64,000 nucleotides of DNA from Mytilus californianus (lineage: Eukaryota). The notes under the pieces are model-generated. The model had not been told where the DNA came from and ran no database searches. It was given only the letters and a program-made list of their open reading frames with translations. Positions 52,301 through 64,000 of the stretch are shown one piece after another. The translations under genes were made by a program, and so were the position numbers. Each line of letters begins with the position of its first letter. Within the stretch, counting starts at the first letter, position 1. Location: positions 9,424,001 through 9,488,000 of the forward strand of contig NW_026262666.1 in assembly GCF_021869535.1 (NCBI RefSeq). The letters run 5' to 3'.

Positions 52301-53400
52301 AAAATAATGTAAAACTTATTACATAACAAAGAGTGTAAACATTTGTTAAATTTTGCTTAATCGATCTTGTCTCGTAACGCACTTTCCTTTTCATTAAGCC
52401 TCAGTCTTTATTCAGTGAGCAAAATAAATGTAGTCTTGAAAAAGTAATGATGCGCATCATAATTTTGAAAAAGTGCAATTTTTTTTTCTATCGATTGAAG
52501 ATAAGTCTTTCAATAAACGATTTTCAATATTTCATTATATAGATATAAGAAGATGTGGTATGAGTGCCAATGAGACAACTCTCCATCCAAGTCACGATTT
52601 GTTAAAGAAATCCATTATAGATCAAAGTACGGTATTCAACACGGAGCCTTGGCTCTTTCCGAGCAGTAAGCCAAATAGGTTTAAAAAATAACAATTGACA
52701 TATCTTAGTTGTATTTCCTTAAGTTTGTGACATCTTCTGAACTCAAGAAAATTGGAAGACTTCATCAAGTGAATGATGTTATATCCTCAGTACCTTATGT
52801 CGGCCATCTGTAATTTGGCGGCCATATTTTATCGTGGCTCCATATCTGAATTTTGTCTATACCCGTTAATCTTTAACTATGCCAAGTTTCATACTTTTAC
52901 CATAAAGTGATCAATTATTCTGATATCCGCTGGACTATTAGGGGAACTTTTCTCATATTTGAGATACTTTCTGATTGGTTTATTGTTATTTGCTGAAGGT
53001 TCAGGTTGAAACACTGTGATTAAGGGATTGATAATAAAATATATCTTTTTATTCAAAGAAAATAATGTTATCTAATTTTTCAAGCTAACTTTATGATTTT
53101 CTGATCGTCGCAAACTTGTTGAATCGTTTTTGGCAAATCTATATATGATTATACATGTCCTTGCAAAGAAATATTAATTTCCAAACACATTAAAGCAAAT
53201 TTTCTTGTCCTATAAAATTGAAAGCTTTTATTCACGGTTCCATGTTTTAAACAGTGTCCTCGGCTGACAATCACGGCCAACGTTAATTGTCAGGTAAGAT
53301 AAGCATCTCCTCCGAGATGATGGTAAAAACCCTTGTCCAATTAAAAATCCCTCCACTCAAAATTACCGATGAAAAACTAAAATGTAAGTATTGAAAAATA

Positions 53401-53721
53401 GCTACTAACCCGAATAATTCAGTTGTTATATTCCGCTGATCTACGATAACTTCATTAACTCTCGCAATTAACCTTCCAAGTAGGTGAGATCGAATACTGT
53501 TAACCAACTAATTTTCGCGAGCGATTTATTTTCGCGACTTTCTCGAGTAGAACAATAACGCGAATATAAATCGTCGCGAATATGTATAACTTATTTAACT
53601 ACATCAAGTTAATTTGAAAATCGCGCAATGGACTAGAAAGGGATTAACGCAAAATAAAGTATCCGCGAAAATAAGTTGGTTTACAGTACTGGGAGGGACT
53701 GAATTATTCGGGTTAAGTAGC
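53401..53721. mobile_element. TA-target MITE containing a nested second TA-target MITE (53497-53686)
   Basis: Outer: TA|GCTACTAACCCGAATAATTCAGT ... ACTGAATTATTCGGGTTAAGTAGC|TA. Inner: TA|CTGTTAACCAACT ... AGTTGGTTTACAG|TA. Confidence 0.82.
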
Positions 53722-54677
53722 TACGAGGGGACATTGTAATGTGTCACTTACCTTTGACATATTCTAAGATGATTGCTTCTCCGTCCAGAATCAATACCGT
53801 ACACAACCTTCATTCTGCAGTCATTATTAAAAGAGACGAGTCCTCTTTTAGCACGATGTCCTGAAATAAAGTACCACAACTCTTTAAGCTTTCTCTTTTA
53901 GATCCCCTGGATCACATCAATTATTTAACAAGAAATGTTCCAAAGGATATTCATCGTTCAAAAGTTTATCATTCGTTTAATTAAGAAAACACAAATCGCT
54001 TAAGCAAAAACATCATGCATACACTGTGACAATTTTACAAGTATACATCATATATTTGTAACCATATATAAATTGAATGCATACATTTGAACATTTAAAC
54101 ACAATTTTTTCAAAAATTGTGCCGAATCTTGCTAAGGTAATTTTTGCATGGGCATAGAAACCTTAATGTTTCAGGATTTTAATATTTTATAATCAGTACA
54201 TTTACAGAGAATGACTATATCTGTGACTTCTGGGTAGCTGATAAAACACTTACGGTACCAATATTTCTTCACTAGATGCTCATTTCGACAATACATGTCT
54301 CTTCACTGATGTTCGAGGACAAAATATTTGAAAATACATAATTTAAAAAATAAAAAGATAACCTTGGGGACGTACAAACTCATTAATGCTACCAGAATTC
54401 TTATTTGATACGCATAACTTTTTTTTTACCTGTGGAGCGAGTCATATTATATACTTCAGCATCTTGAGGTATCTTCTTTTCCTTGTACAGTGGGTATTCA
54501 AAATCCTGATAAAACTCCTTTACAGCCCCTTTTAGGAAAGTAGGTTGAATGACGTCATGAACATCGGCATAGTACATTTCCGTGACAACTTTCCCATCTG
54601 CACTAGTTATGCTTTTATCGCCTTTATTCTTTAAAAAATAATGTTTTTTAATTGTTGCATTATTGCAATACACACAC

Positions 54678-54689
54678 AAGAGAGAGAGC

Positions 54690-54728
<39 letters not shown>
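54678..54728. repeat. (GA)n microsatellite
   Basis: Near-perfect GA run in an intron of the BRICHOS-type gene. Confidence 0.95.
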
Positions 54729-54730
<2 letters not shown>

Positions 54731-57700
54731 TTTACACATAGATTAAAATTAACGCTACCAATTTACTGCAAAGGATACGCACTTCGACAGTTAATAGCTC
54801 TTTAGTGATGCTTAAGGCCAAGCGTAGTCTGTATTACACAGCTATTCTTTTTATATCTGGACAGAAGAGCATGTTTTTAAAAAAGACAATAGAATAATAA
54901 TAACCTACTTTTCAGGTGATTATTTATAAATTACGATGATGCCATACCTACACTTAAAAGCTATTCAAATAGGTACGTAGGTTTTAAGCCAGAGGTTATA
55001 CAAATTTGTCATTATTATATAAGGATTATATAGAAAATGAAAACTAAATGATTTATTTATTTGAAAACATAAATCAGGTGATGACTTGTATGAATTCCTT
55101 TCGGCAATAGCAAATCAAAAATGCATTGCGATCTCAGTTCTGCTCGTTACAGAAATACGACTTATAAAATTATATATTCCGAGTTGTATCCTTAAAAAAT
55201 TACCCAAATTTGATATTTTGTATTTCTTCTAAATATATACATGTATTCATTTGCATTAAATGCTTTCATAAGGTAATACGATTGTTGTCTTTTTCCGTTA
55301 AAAAAATCCATTTTTTTTGAGTGCATTTCTACATAGGTAAACTGAGAATAAATGACATGAAGTTGAAATTGCCGTAAAACGTAACGGGTGCCATATGTGC
55401 AGCAGGATCCACTTACCCTTCCAGAGCACCTGAGATTACCAAAAAACTGGGGGTGATCTCAAGTGCTCCAGAAGAGTAAGAAGATACAAACGTAGTATAT
55501 TTCATAGTTATGAACACAATGTTACTATTTCATACCCAGCTATGAATAAACGCCTCTGTTATTTGTCCAGCATCTATTGCGAGTTCTCTGTCTATATCCC
55601 TCAGTCTACACTGATTTATGGATGGGAGACATGTCAGCTGTTGACCCTGATACACAATACTATAGTGTCAATAAAAAAGTAATTGGATGTTTAGTCATTA
55701 ATTTACTATCCAATTTTTAGGCAAGTAAATATTTAAACAATTTGAATTGGCATGGAATGAATCGACTTTTCTCGTCAGAGTGAGTTACGATATTACGAGA
55801 TTAAAATCCGTTGAAATCTTAATTTTCTACATGGGAAGTTAATCAACATAAGAATAAACAGACGTAATTCTTGCCAATGAAACAAATAGCCATTGAAACC
55901 AGGGAAATGATATAAATAAGAATATTAAACGTTAACTAAGCAGAGATTAAAAGTATTCGTATGTAAAATTGACCGGATTATCAATGTCGTTGTTACCAAG
56001 TAAGCTACCAATAATGTTTTAATGAATCAATATTGACATCTTTTAAATCAATTTGACCACATGACCGGAGAAGAATCATAAAATGAAACTTGTAAACGTG
56101 AAAATGTTGGTGGGTTATTGTTTTTTGCATAATACAAGATGCAGGACGTTGTTTTAGTATTATAACTTCAATCTCCGGTGCAGAGAGTTCATATATCCAT
56201 TCATTATAAGTTCCGCAATACTACACTAAGGATATGACATATACTGTGTCTTTTGTAGTATGGAACGGAACGGATATGATCTGTGCTCCGGAGGTTGATT
56301 TTACTTGTCTCGAAGTTTATTCTACAAACCTGACGGAAGTCTTGGATTTGGAATGATTCGATAATATCATTGTGTGCTGGTGTGTGAATCTTCACTATAT
56401 TCTTTTCCAGATTGGTTTCTATGTTTTCTAAATACTTTGCCTCCCCGTCAATGATTTGATAATCAAATTTCTGAAAATGATCGAAATTCATCAATTTAAA
56501 AAGAATCAGTTTCAAACACTTAAAATAAATCGTATGATATTATATAAGTCGTTTACACAAAACAAATCACACGAAAAGGAGTACGGAATAAGTAACTCTG
56601 ACATTAGAGTAGTAAACGAAAGACAAGTAGAAGATAGGCTATCTCGGTTGACAATTTACTCGAAATACATGTCAGTATATGAAAAAGATGGAAGTCATCA
56701 ACAGGAGAATAAGATACCACTTAATCATGTTGAGTGTTAATTTTGTCAAGATGTAGCCTATTAACTATGATATTTCAAATAGATTTCAGAAATAATACGG
56801 TATAAAAAAAAAGTAAAGTCACAAAAATACCGAACTCCGAGGAAAATTCAAAACGGGAAGTCCTTAATCAAATGGCAAAATCAAAAGCTCAAATACATCA
56901 AACGAATTGATAACAGCTGTCATGTTCCTGACTTGGTACAGGTATTTTCTTATGTAGAAAATGGTGGATTAAACCCGGTTTTATAGATAGCTAAACCTCT
57001 CACTTGTATATATAGAGAAGAAAATAGATTGAAAAAGATCCAGTTTGGAGGGTATTTTCCGTTTAACCTTTTAATTTTTCAATAAGTATTCATTTTCTAA
57101 TGTTTTATTCGTATTTCTACATGCTGTCTGTAACATGTACACTTACAGTTACTTTTTTTTTAGTTTTTAAATGCTGATTTGGCTGGAAAAACATAACATG
57201 CATTTATTGAATTAGTAATTTGTGTCGAATTAATATCACTGCTTATTACAAGAATTTGCAGTTTTTATGAACTAACATACTTTAGATTGCTAAACCTGAG
57301 TATTTGCTATTCCTATCAGCAACTCTTTGAAAGACATTAGTCTTTCAAAAGGGATTTCAGGCATTTTTCCGAAGTGTTTTCTAAATACTTATGGTTTTAA
57401 TTCAATCGTTAAACGATCAAAATTTTATGAAAATAACTGCTGGTTACTAACAATTGTGCAAATGTGTTAATACAAATAAAACAAATTATACAAATAATAC
57501 AAAATTGTCATATATCAGATATGGGTCCAACTTGTAAATGATCTGACATAAAAATATACATACCATATCAAAAGCCATGACAGCAGACAGGAACAACAAT
57601 TCAAAGACAATCATCATTATTCTTCCCATGTTGAAGGGCTATCTTTAAGTCTGCACTGAAAATTAAAAATTATTAATTCCTATCAATCAAATCGTTATAA

Positions 57701-59644
57701 AACTAAGGCAATTAAGAAACAGTTTTCATTGAAGTTATATATCAAGGAGTTATCTAAGAAAATAATAATTAAAAAACAAGTTGGACTCGCTTATGAATTA
57801 AGTGCGAATAAAGGTGATAGGCGAATATTTACCAACAATAATTTTATATAAAAAAATAAAAATAAAAAATTGTCTTGTTATTATACCATTTTTCTTCCAA
57901 TAAACAGCTCTAAAATAACAAATCATTCTCGATTTTACTGTTGACCAAACATTTTAAAGCCTACATGTAATAGCATTTAAATTATAACTGTGTCAATGGT
58001 TCAATTATAATCAATAAAAATATTATGGCAAATAATCTATAGATTTCGCAACTACTTACCTTTTGCAGTCTTTTCTCAAATTCGAAATGACAGAAATCAT
58101 CAATGCTTTTATGCTAACCAACCAGGATGCATATGATGCTTCTGAGAATATCTAACTTTAGAAAATCCTTTAAATCTATTAATTATTTGCTGCGCAAGCA
58201 TCTTTGGAAGACCTTCAGTAATTAATTTAACAAGGTGTTAAGTGGTATGAAGTAGTCATACCAGCATTGGCCAAGAAACCTTCTTTAATGTGATCGTCTA
58301 TGCTTAAGTATTCTGCGAATTTATCCCTATCAACGCCCTGTGAAAACAATATATTGGAAAGAAACCTCGCACTTACAAACATGATAAGTCTGGTCACATT
58401 CTTAATGTGCCTTTCAGAAAGGACTTTTTTTTAAATTTTCATTGGAGTTTGTTAGTTCGTTAACTTATTCACTTCAACAGAACTCAGCAAAGCACAAAAC
58501 TTGCTGAGTTCTGTTTAACTATATTGCAAAAAATATCTGTTTCCTTAATAAAACAGATAAGGTTACACTGAATTAAGAACAAACAAAAACATATAGAAAA
58601 AATAGTATATAAGTGAACAAAAGAAATATTTCGTTAAATATGTGATATATCAGAAATAAAGTGATGTGTATTTTTCTCATGTACACACTTTTTTTTAAAA
58701 AGCATGCACTACAGACCAGTTGATTTTGTTATTATATGACAGATCACTTGATATTTTATGCGACTGTAATACAAGTGAGAGGTTTGGCTAGCTATACAAC
58801 CATGTTTAATAATCAACCATTTTTCTACATAAGAAAATGCCTGTACCAAGTCAGGAATATGACAGTTATTATCCATTCGATTGATGTGTTTGAGCTTTTG
58901 ATTTTGCCATTTGATTAGGGGCTTTCCATTTTGAATCTTCCTCGGAGTTCGGTGTTTTTGTGATTTTACTTTTGATACTGATTTTAAACTCAAAAGAATT
59001 TATCGATGTTTTGTGCTTTGCTGAGTTTTGTTGAACCATATTGCAAAATTTTGTCTCACAAAAGATGGGGACAGTGCAAGAAGTAAAATGGTATGGTGTT
59101 AACTGCCATAAATAAACAGAATGGTGAGACCCGAATGTTTTCTTTATAAAAAATGCTAGTTCAGGAAACTGCATTGCATACGAATCTCCAGTAATAAAAA
59201 AGTATAACAAAAATACCAATCTACAGGGCAAATTTTAAAATGGGAAATCGATAGAAGCTGACAAAATCAAACGCTATCAATCAACGGAACAAGTGAAGAA
59301 AAACAACTGTCATATTCCTGACTTACCATGCATTTGACCTAACAGAAAAATTTGACCAAATCGCTTACCAATGTAATAATAATATCAAGGTTTCGTTAAC
59401 CGAGACTGGACACACAACTATTGAGATCTCCCACCGAAGTACTAACTTTATCACTCTGGGGAAGAAGATAACCAAGAGCGTACAGTTACATTTAAATAAT
59501 AGTTTTAATAAAGGGCAGTTCTCGTTCATACTGGAAGGGAAATTAATAACGAATTTCTCTTAAAATGACATTGTATAGTTACATATGTTTCTGGGACTAA
59601 ATTTGATTGACATTCCTGTGTAACAAGATCTTACTTATTATGTT

Positions 59645-60725
59645 TTATGCTATCTTCCTACAACCGTAACAAACCATCTGATATGATGTAAGTGTCAGAA
59701 TTCGACGAAAAGTTCTTTTTGATATCGTATGGGCAATGTATAAATGAATGGAGAAACTAGAAAGTAAATAGCAAAATTTTTACTTATTCGTAAAAAATTC
59801 TTTCATATCAAAATACACAATATATATACATCTGTACAACACGATAATAATGAATGAAAATACATAAAAACACTAATAACATATTACATAAAATATTACA
59901 TAATACAATAGCTTGGCCTAGAACAGGGGTCAACTAAGCCAAGCCAAAAATGTCATAGTTAGGCAAAACAACAAATTTCTAAGTTAAGGAAAGGAGTTAA
60001 AAAAAAGGGGATTGAGGGAGGGAAAATTGATAAAATCCCAAATAAAATCTTGTTTACATAAATATCGATCGTGTTGATTATCAAGAATGTGTAAAACTGT
60101 GACGTGTAGTGTAAATACTGCAACACAAGATCTAGTGCAGGGGCTCCCCATCGGGAAAGTCAAAAATTAAATTAGAATAAAACTAAAGATTTCCGTCATC
60201 TGCATAAATTAAGTTATTAAAATAACTTGCCTTTACGCTATCTTCCTACAACCGTAACAAACCATCTGATATGATGTTAGTGTCAGAATTCGACGAAAAG
60301 TTCTTTTTGATATCGTATGGGCAATGTATAAATGAATGGAGAAACTAGAAAGTAAATTGCAAAATTTTAACTTATTCGTAAAAAATTCTTTCATATCAAA
60401 ATACACAATATATATACATCTGTACAACACGATAATAATGAATGAAAATACATAAAAACACTGATAACACATTACATAACATATTACATAATACAATAGC
60501 TTGGCCTAGAAAAAGGGTCAACTAAGCCACCAGGAAAGATGCAATAAAATAATTCTTTCCTGCACCACAATTATCAAGAATGTGTAAAACTGTGACGTGT
60601 AGTGTAAATACTGCAACACAAGATCTAGTGCAGGGGCTCCCCAAAGGAAAAGGCAAAAATTAAATTAGAATAAAACTAAAGATTTCCGTCATCTGCATAA
60701 AATAAGTTATTAAAATAACTTGCCT
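59645..60725. repeat. Recent tandem duplication: copy 1 59645-60232, copy 2 60233-60725
   Basis: Near-identical blocks offset by 588 bp. They differ by one swapped segment: 59941-60076 in copy 1 versus 60529-60569 in copy 2. Confidence 0.92.
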
Positions 60726-63700
60726 ATATATGATATTCAACGGATCATTGTTTACAGAGTTGAAAAGATTATTTGTGCACTGCATAATTCCATAAACAAA
60801 TTATTGTGTTTGAGGAAAGTTTGCTAATAATGTATTTCGTCATAATCAAGCCTTCAAAAATTTCTTCGTTACAATTCGGGAAGTCTGTAATGATAAATTC
60901 GATGAGGTTTCAAGTGGCATTAAGTATACATAAGTAGATTGCTTTATAGTGTTAGACGAATGTAAGTTCATCAATTTCCGTTCAAGTGTTCAGCGAATTC
61001 ATTATCATCGCCTCCACGTGAACAAATATGTTAATATTATAAAAATTAACACACATCGAAAAACAATATATGATTGAGCTACAACTAAATATGTCAAGGA
61101 CATTGTGTTGGTTTCTTTCATTTTAGACCTTTTATATATTTTAGGGTACATGCATTTTTTTATCTGCTTGATTGATAAGTATTAGTTGGTGCTTTATATT
61201 TTACTTTTTTTTTCGATGTAATGCGCTGAATTGCGATTAATAACGTGATTGTTGTTATTTTATAATGCGCTCTATAAATATTGTATTCATTATTATCATT
61301 TAATAATTGTAACAAGGTTTCAGTGCATAGCTTCGTCCTAAACAAGCATGACATATTTGTCACTGGATGTTAAGCAACCAACTATCAATCAATGTATAAC
61401 TTAAACTCGGTCTTCCGTAATATTTTCGTCTTAAAAATTAACAATATATAAGAAACATAATATACACGTATTGGATCGTATGAACTCTAGGCTAATATCA
61501 GTCAAAAATTATGGTTGAGCAACGGAAACCACGAAACAGGGATTTTTGTAGTCTATTTATGTTCTAGTAAATATAACGTTTCAACAAAAAAAAAAAGCAT
61601 AGGAAACTATTTGCTTTAAAAATTCCTTTACAAAAGTCTATATTTCATCGATAACCTTTCAGCAAACAAAATTTATATTTTAACAGAAATTCTGAGGAGT
61701 ATTATTTAATGTGGTTATGCATGAATCATAAAAATATTAATACTGTTTCCATTTCTACCCTTTCTACCGAAACATAAACACTCATGTGCCTTTTATACTA
61801 TGCAATTGTCTACATTTGTCCTTTTTAAGGACAGTCACGTTTTATATAATCATATCTGTAAGGCATATATCATGTACATGAGAAAATGTTCTAAATATGT
61901 CTTGTTTTATTCATTGCTTTCATTTTCAAAGCACGTGTCAAATATAAATGTTACATCAATGGCGGTTACATCTTCAATGAGAAAAGCTTGTGCCAGTGAC
62001 ACAATAAATCGAATAAAAAATAAAAAGGCATATACAGTTAGCATGTATATAGGATTTAGAGTCTGTAGACTTTATGTTTCAGGAATTCTAGAACTCAAAC
62101 TGGCTACAGGTATAACCTAAGATGCAAATAATTACGTTTTTGATAATCTCAACCACTGCAACTCACAGAATATTGAAGCTTGGCAAAAATTGACTTACAT
62201 GTAAGATAAATTTAGTCATTATTGTTAGGTCCAATTTGGTCATGTAGTTCATTACGTATGGATATATTATACATGGCTTCTAAATTTAGGTTTGAGCGTT
62301 CCTATTGAAGATAAATTAAAAAAGGAAACACGAACGAGATGATTTTGATTTCGTATATGAGGATAGTATGTATTGTTAATCATAAAAAAAAAAAGATTAT
62401 TTAGCAAGTTATAATCTTGTAATGGTAGTGAGATAAGTGATGTTTTTAGAACATAGTACACTTAAACCGAACTTCCTTGTCCAATTCACTTATAACCACT
62501 TGATTACACTTGAACTTATAAACAATTATTTCGCTACCTAGATGGGTGATATAAGCGGAGGAGTAATATTTAATGTTGATATGCAGAAGTAATCATAAAT
62601 ACTACTACAGTTTCCATATCTACCTTTTCTACCGAATCTAAAAGCTTCTTGTGCCCTTTACACTTTGCAATTGATAACACTTTTCATCTTCAAGGACAAT
62701 CACGTTTTGTGTTGTTCGTTTGTGAGTTTTTCTGTGGTGGGTGTTCCTGCGTGTGTTTGTGCTGTACTTCTGTCACGTAGTGTTGTCATTTCATCGATAT
62801 TTTTTTAACATTGTCATAAAGCTGGAGGTTTGGCTAGCCAATAAACCAGGTTCAACCTACCAAGAATAGGACGAAAGTCAATACATAATCCGTACTGGTA
62901 GAAGGTGTAGTTGTCGTAACGTCATTGAAAACTTTAAATTATATTTAAATAAAATATTTATTTAATGTATATAATATATAAGTCGTATACCGATCTTTAG
63001 TTAATGTCTCCAAAAAGTAAGAACATTTAGTATGATTGCCAATGTGATGTCTACCAGATACGAAATGACGTAGAAATGTGCAACCAGTTTGTCATATAGC
63101 TATTTTAGTAAAGAATTAGATTCCATCTTATTGATTTCATATTATTTTGAAAAAAAGCAACGGATGATTTTATCTAAGAATAAGATATTATGATTAATAG
63201 ATTTTTGATATTTTGACATTGATGATTTTCTGTTGCCTAAAAAAAGTCATCCATTTTTTGACATGGAGGACATATTTATGTTACACGAAGAATTAGAATG
63301 ATATGAAATATTTAATGTATGTTAATTCAAACAACTAAAAAAGCATGCATGAAAAATTAAACCTGTAAACACGCAATAAAATAATATTGAACTACTGTCA
63401 GAAATCAGATAAGTGCAATTGGTTTAAAAGGAAACACAAGCAAGCAAACAATCGAGCTAACATAAAAATTACAAACAAAAATGTCACAATTTAAAATGTC
63501 TAAGCGACAAACTTGATTGAAGTGACATTGTTGTTTCAATGATATCTAAGAGAGGCGAAAGATAAAAAAAAAACAAAAAAAAAAACATGGAAAACTAAAG
63601 AATGAGCATTACGAACCCCATCAAAAGCATTTATTATCTCATTTGCTCCGGAAGGGTAGGCAGATCCTGCTCCAAATTTGGCACCTGTCATGTTATTCAT

Positions 63701-64000
63701 ATAAGTACAAACCCGGTAATTGGTCTAATTAGGTAGGTCTCATTTGGGGAAATGGAAATTACATGATTATGGTAACGACGATTAGATCATATTTGTTGTC
63801 ATCTATGAAACCGATATTCCTTAACGGCCAACCAACTCATGATAGCGTTCGTAACATATTCGAAGTGATAACTTCAACTTCACCACTTGGAACTCTTAGT
63901 ATAATAGCATCCCTGTGAGCAGCAAAATCAATATCAAGGATATGATGATAGGAAACGCATGTCCTTGAATTTCGAATCAACTGGGAGATATATGCTCCAT

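Larger units (their letters stand above)
53283..58382 (-). pseudogene. BRICHOS-type secreted peptide precursor, disrupted copy; exons 58382-58377, 58155-58060, 56470-56330, 55646-55536, 54628-54430, 53860-53752, 53376-53283
   Basis: Seven GT-AG exons join in frame: MFLDILRSIICILVG*HKS.. (signal-peptide-like; TAG at 58116-58114); KFDYQII..IVKIHTPAHNDIIESFQIQDFRQGQQLTCLPSINQCRLRDID (BRICHOS-like strands and first Cys); AVKEFYQDFEYPLY (second Cys position is Tyr); furin site GHRAKR followed by a 61-aa peptide; AATAAA at 53227-53232. The BRICHOS assignment comes from motif memory, not a profile search. Confidence 0.72.

Noticed and set aside
54630-54739. (SL)n N-terminus of ORF 54401-54739 as a signal or transmembrane segment
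   Set aside because: Translation of the intronic (GA)n microsatellite; the real exon starts at 54628.
56456-56740. 94-aa plus-strand ORF
   Set aside because: Antisense and intronic to the BRICHOS-type gene; no motif.

Overview
AT-rich, intron-containing animal genomic DNA. The interspersed-repeat repertoire (V-domain tRNA-SINEs ending in (CAAT)n, HINE-like elements with satellite cores, Penelope-like RT) looks like a bivalve, probably a Mytilus-type mussel; this is inferred, not proven. Four host loci could be reconstructed by hand from splice sites and motifs. (1) The 5' part of a kexin/furin-family proprotein convertase (minus strand, five coding exons 4596->251, running off the window start). 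(2) A complete 7-exon class I SAM-dependent methyltransferase (plus, 18020-31624, 269 aa). (3) An intact intronless cGAS-like receptor / Mab21-family nucleotidyltransferase (plus, 43774/43843-45414) with the catalytic triad preserved, lying between decayed Gypsy gag-protease and integrase remnants. (4) A 7-exon BRICHOS-type secreted precursor (minus, 58382->53283) not visible in the ORF track, with a furin site (RAKR) and a C-terminal peptide. This copy has a premature stop, a lost conserved Cys and probably a frameshift hiding a cationic 4-Cys tail. The rest is mobile DNA: a frameshifted L2/CR1-type LINE with a 2A-like peptide, PHD, APE and RT; a Penelope-like element; Gypsy and DIRS remnants; and many non-autonomous DNA transposons with 2-, 4-, 5-, 6- and 9-bp target duplications. 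No rRNA, true tRNA or CRISPR array was seen. All coordinates were derived by eye.
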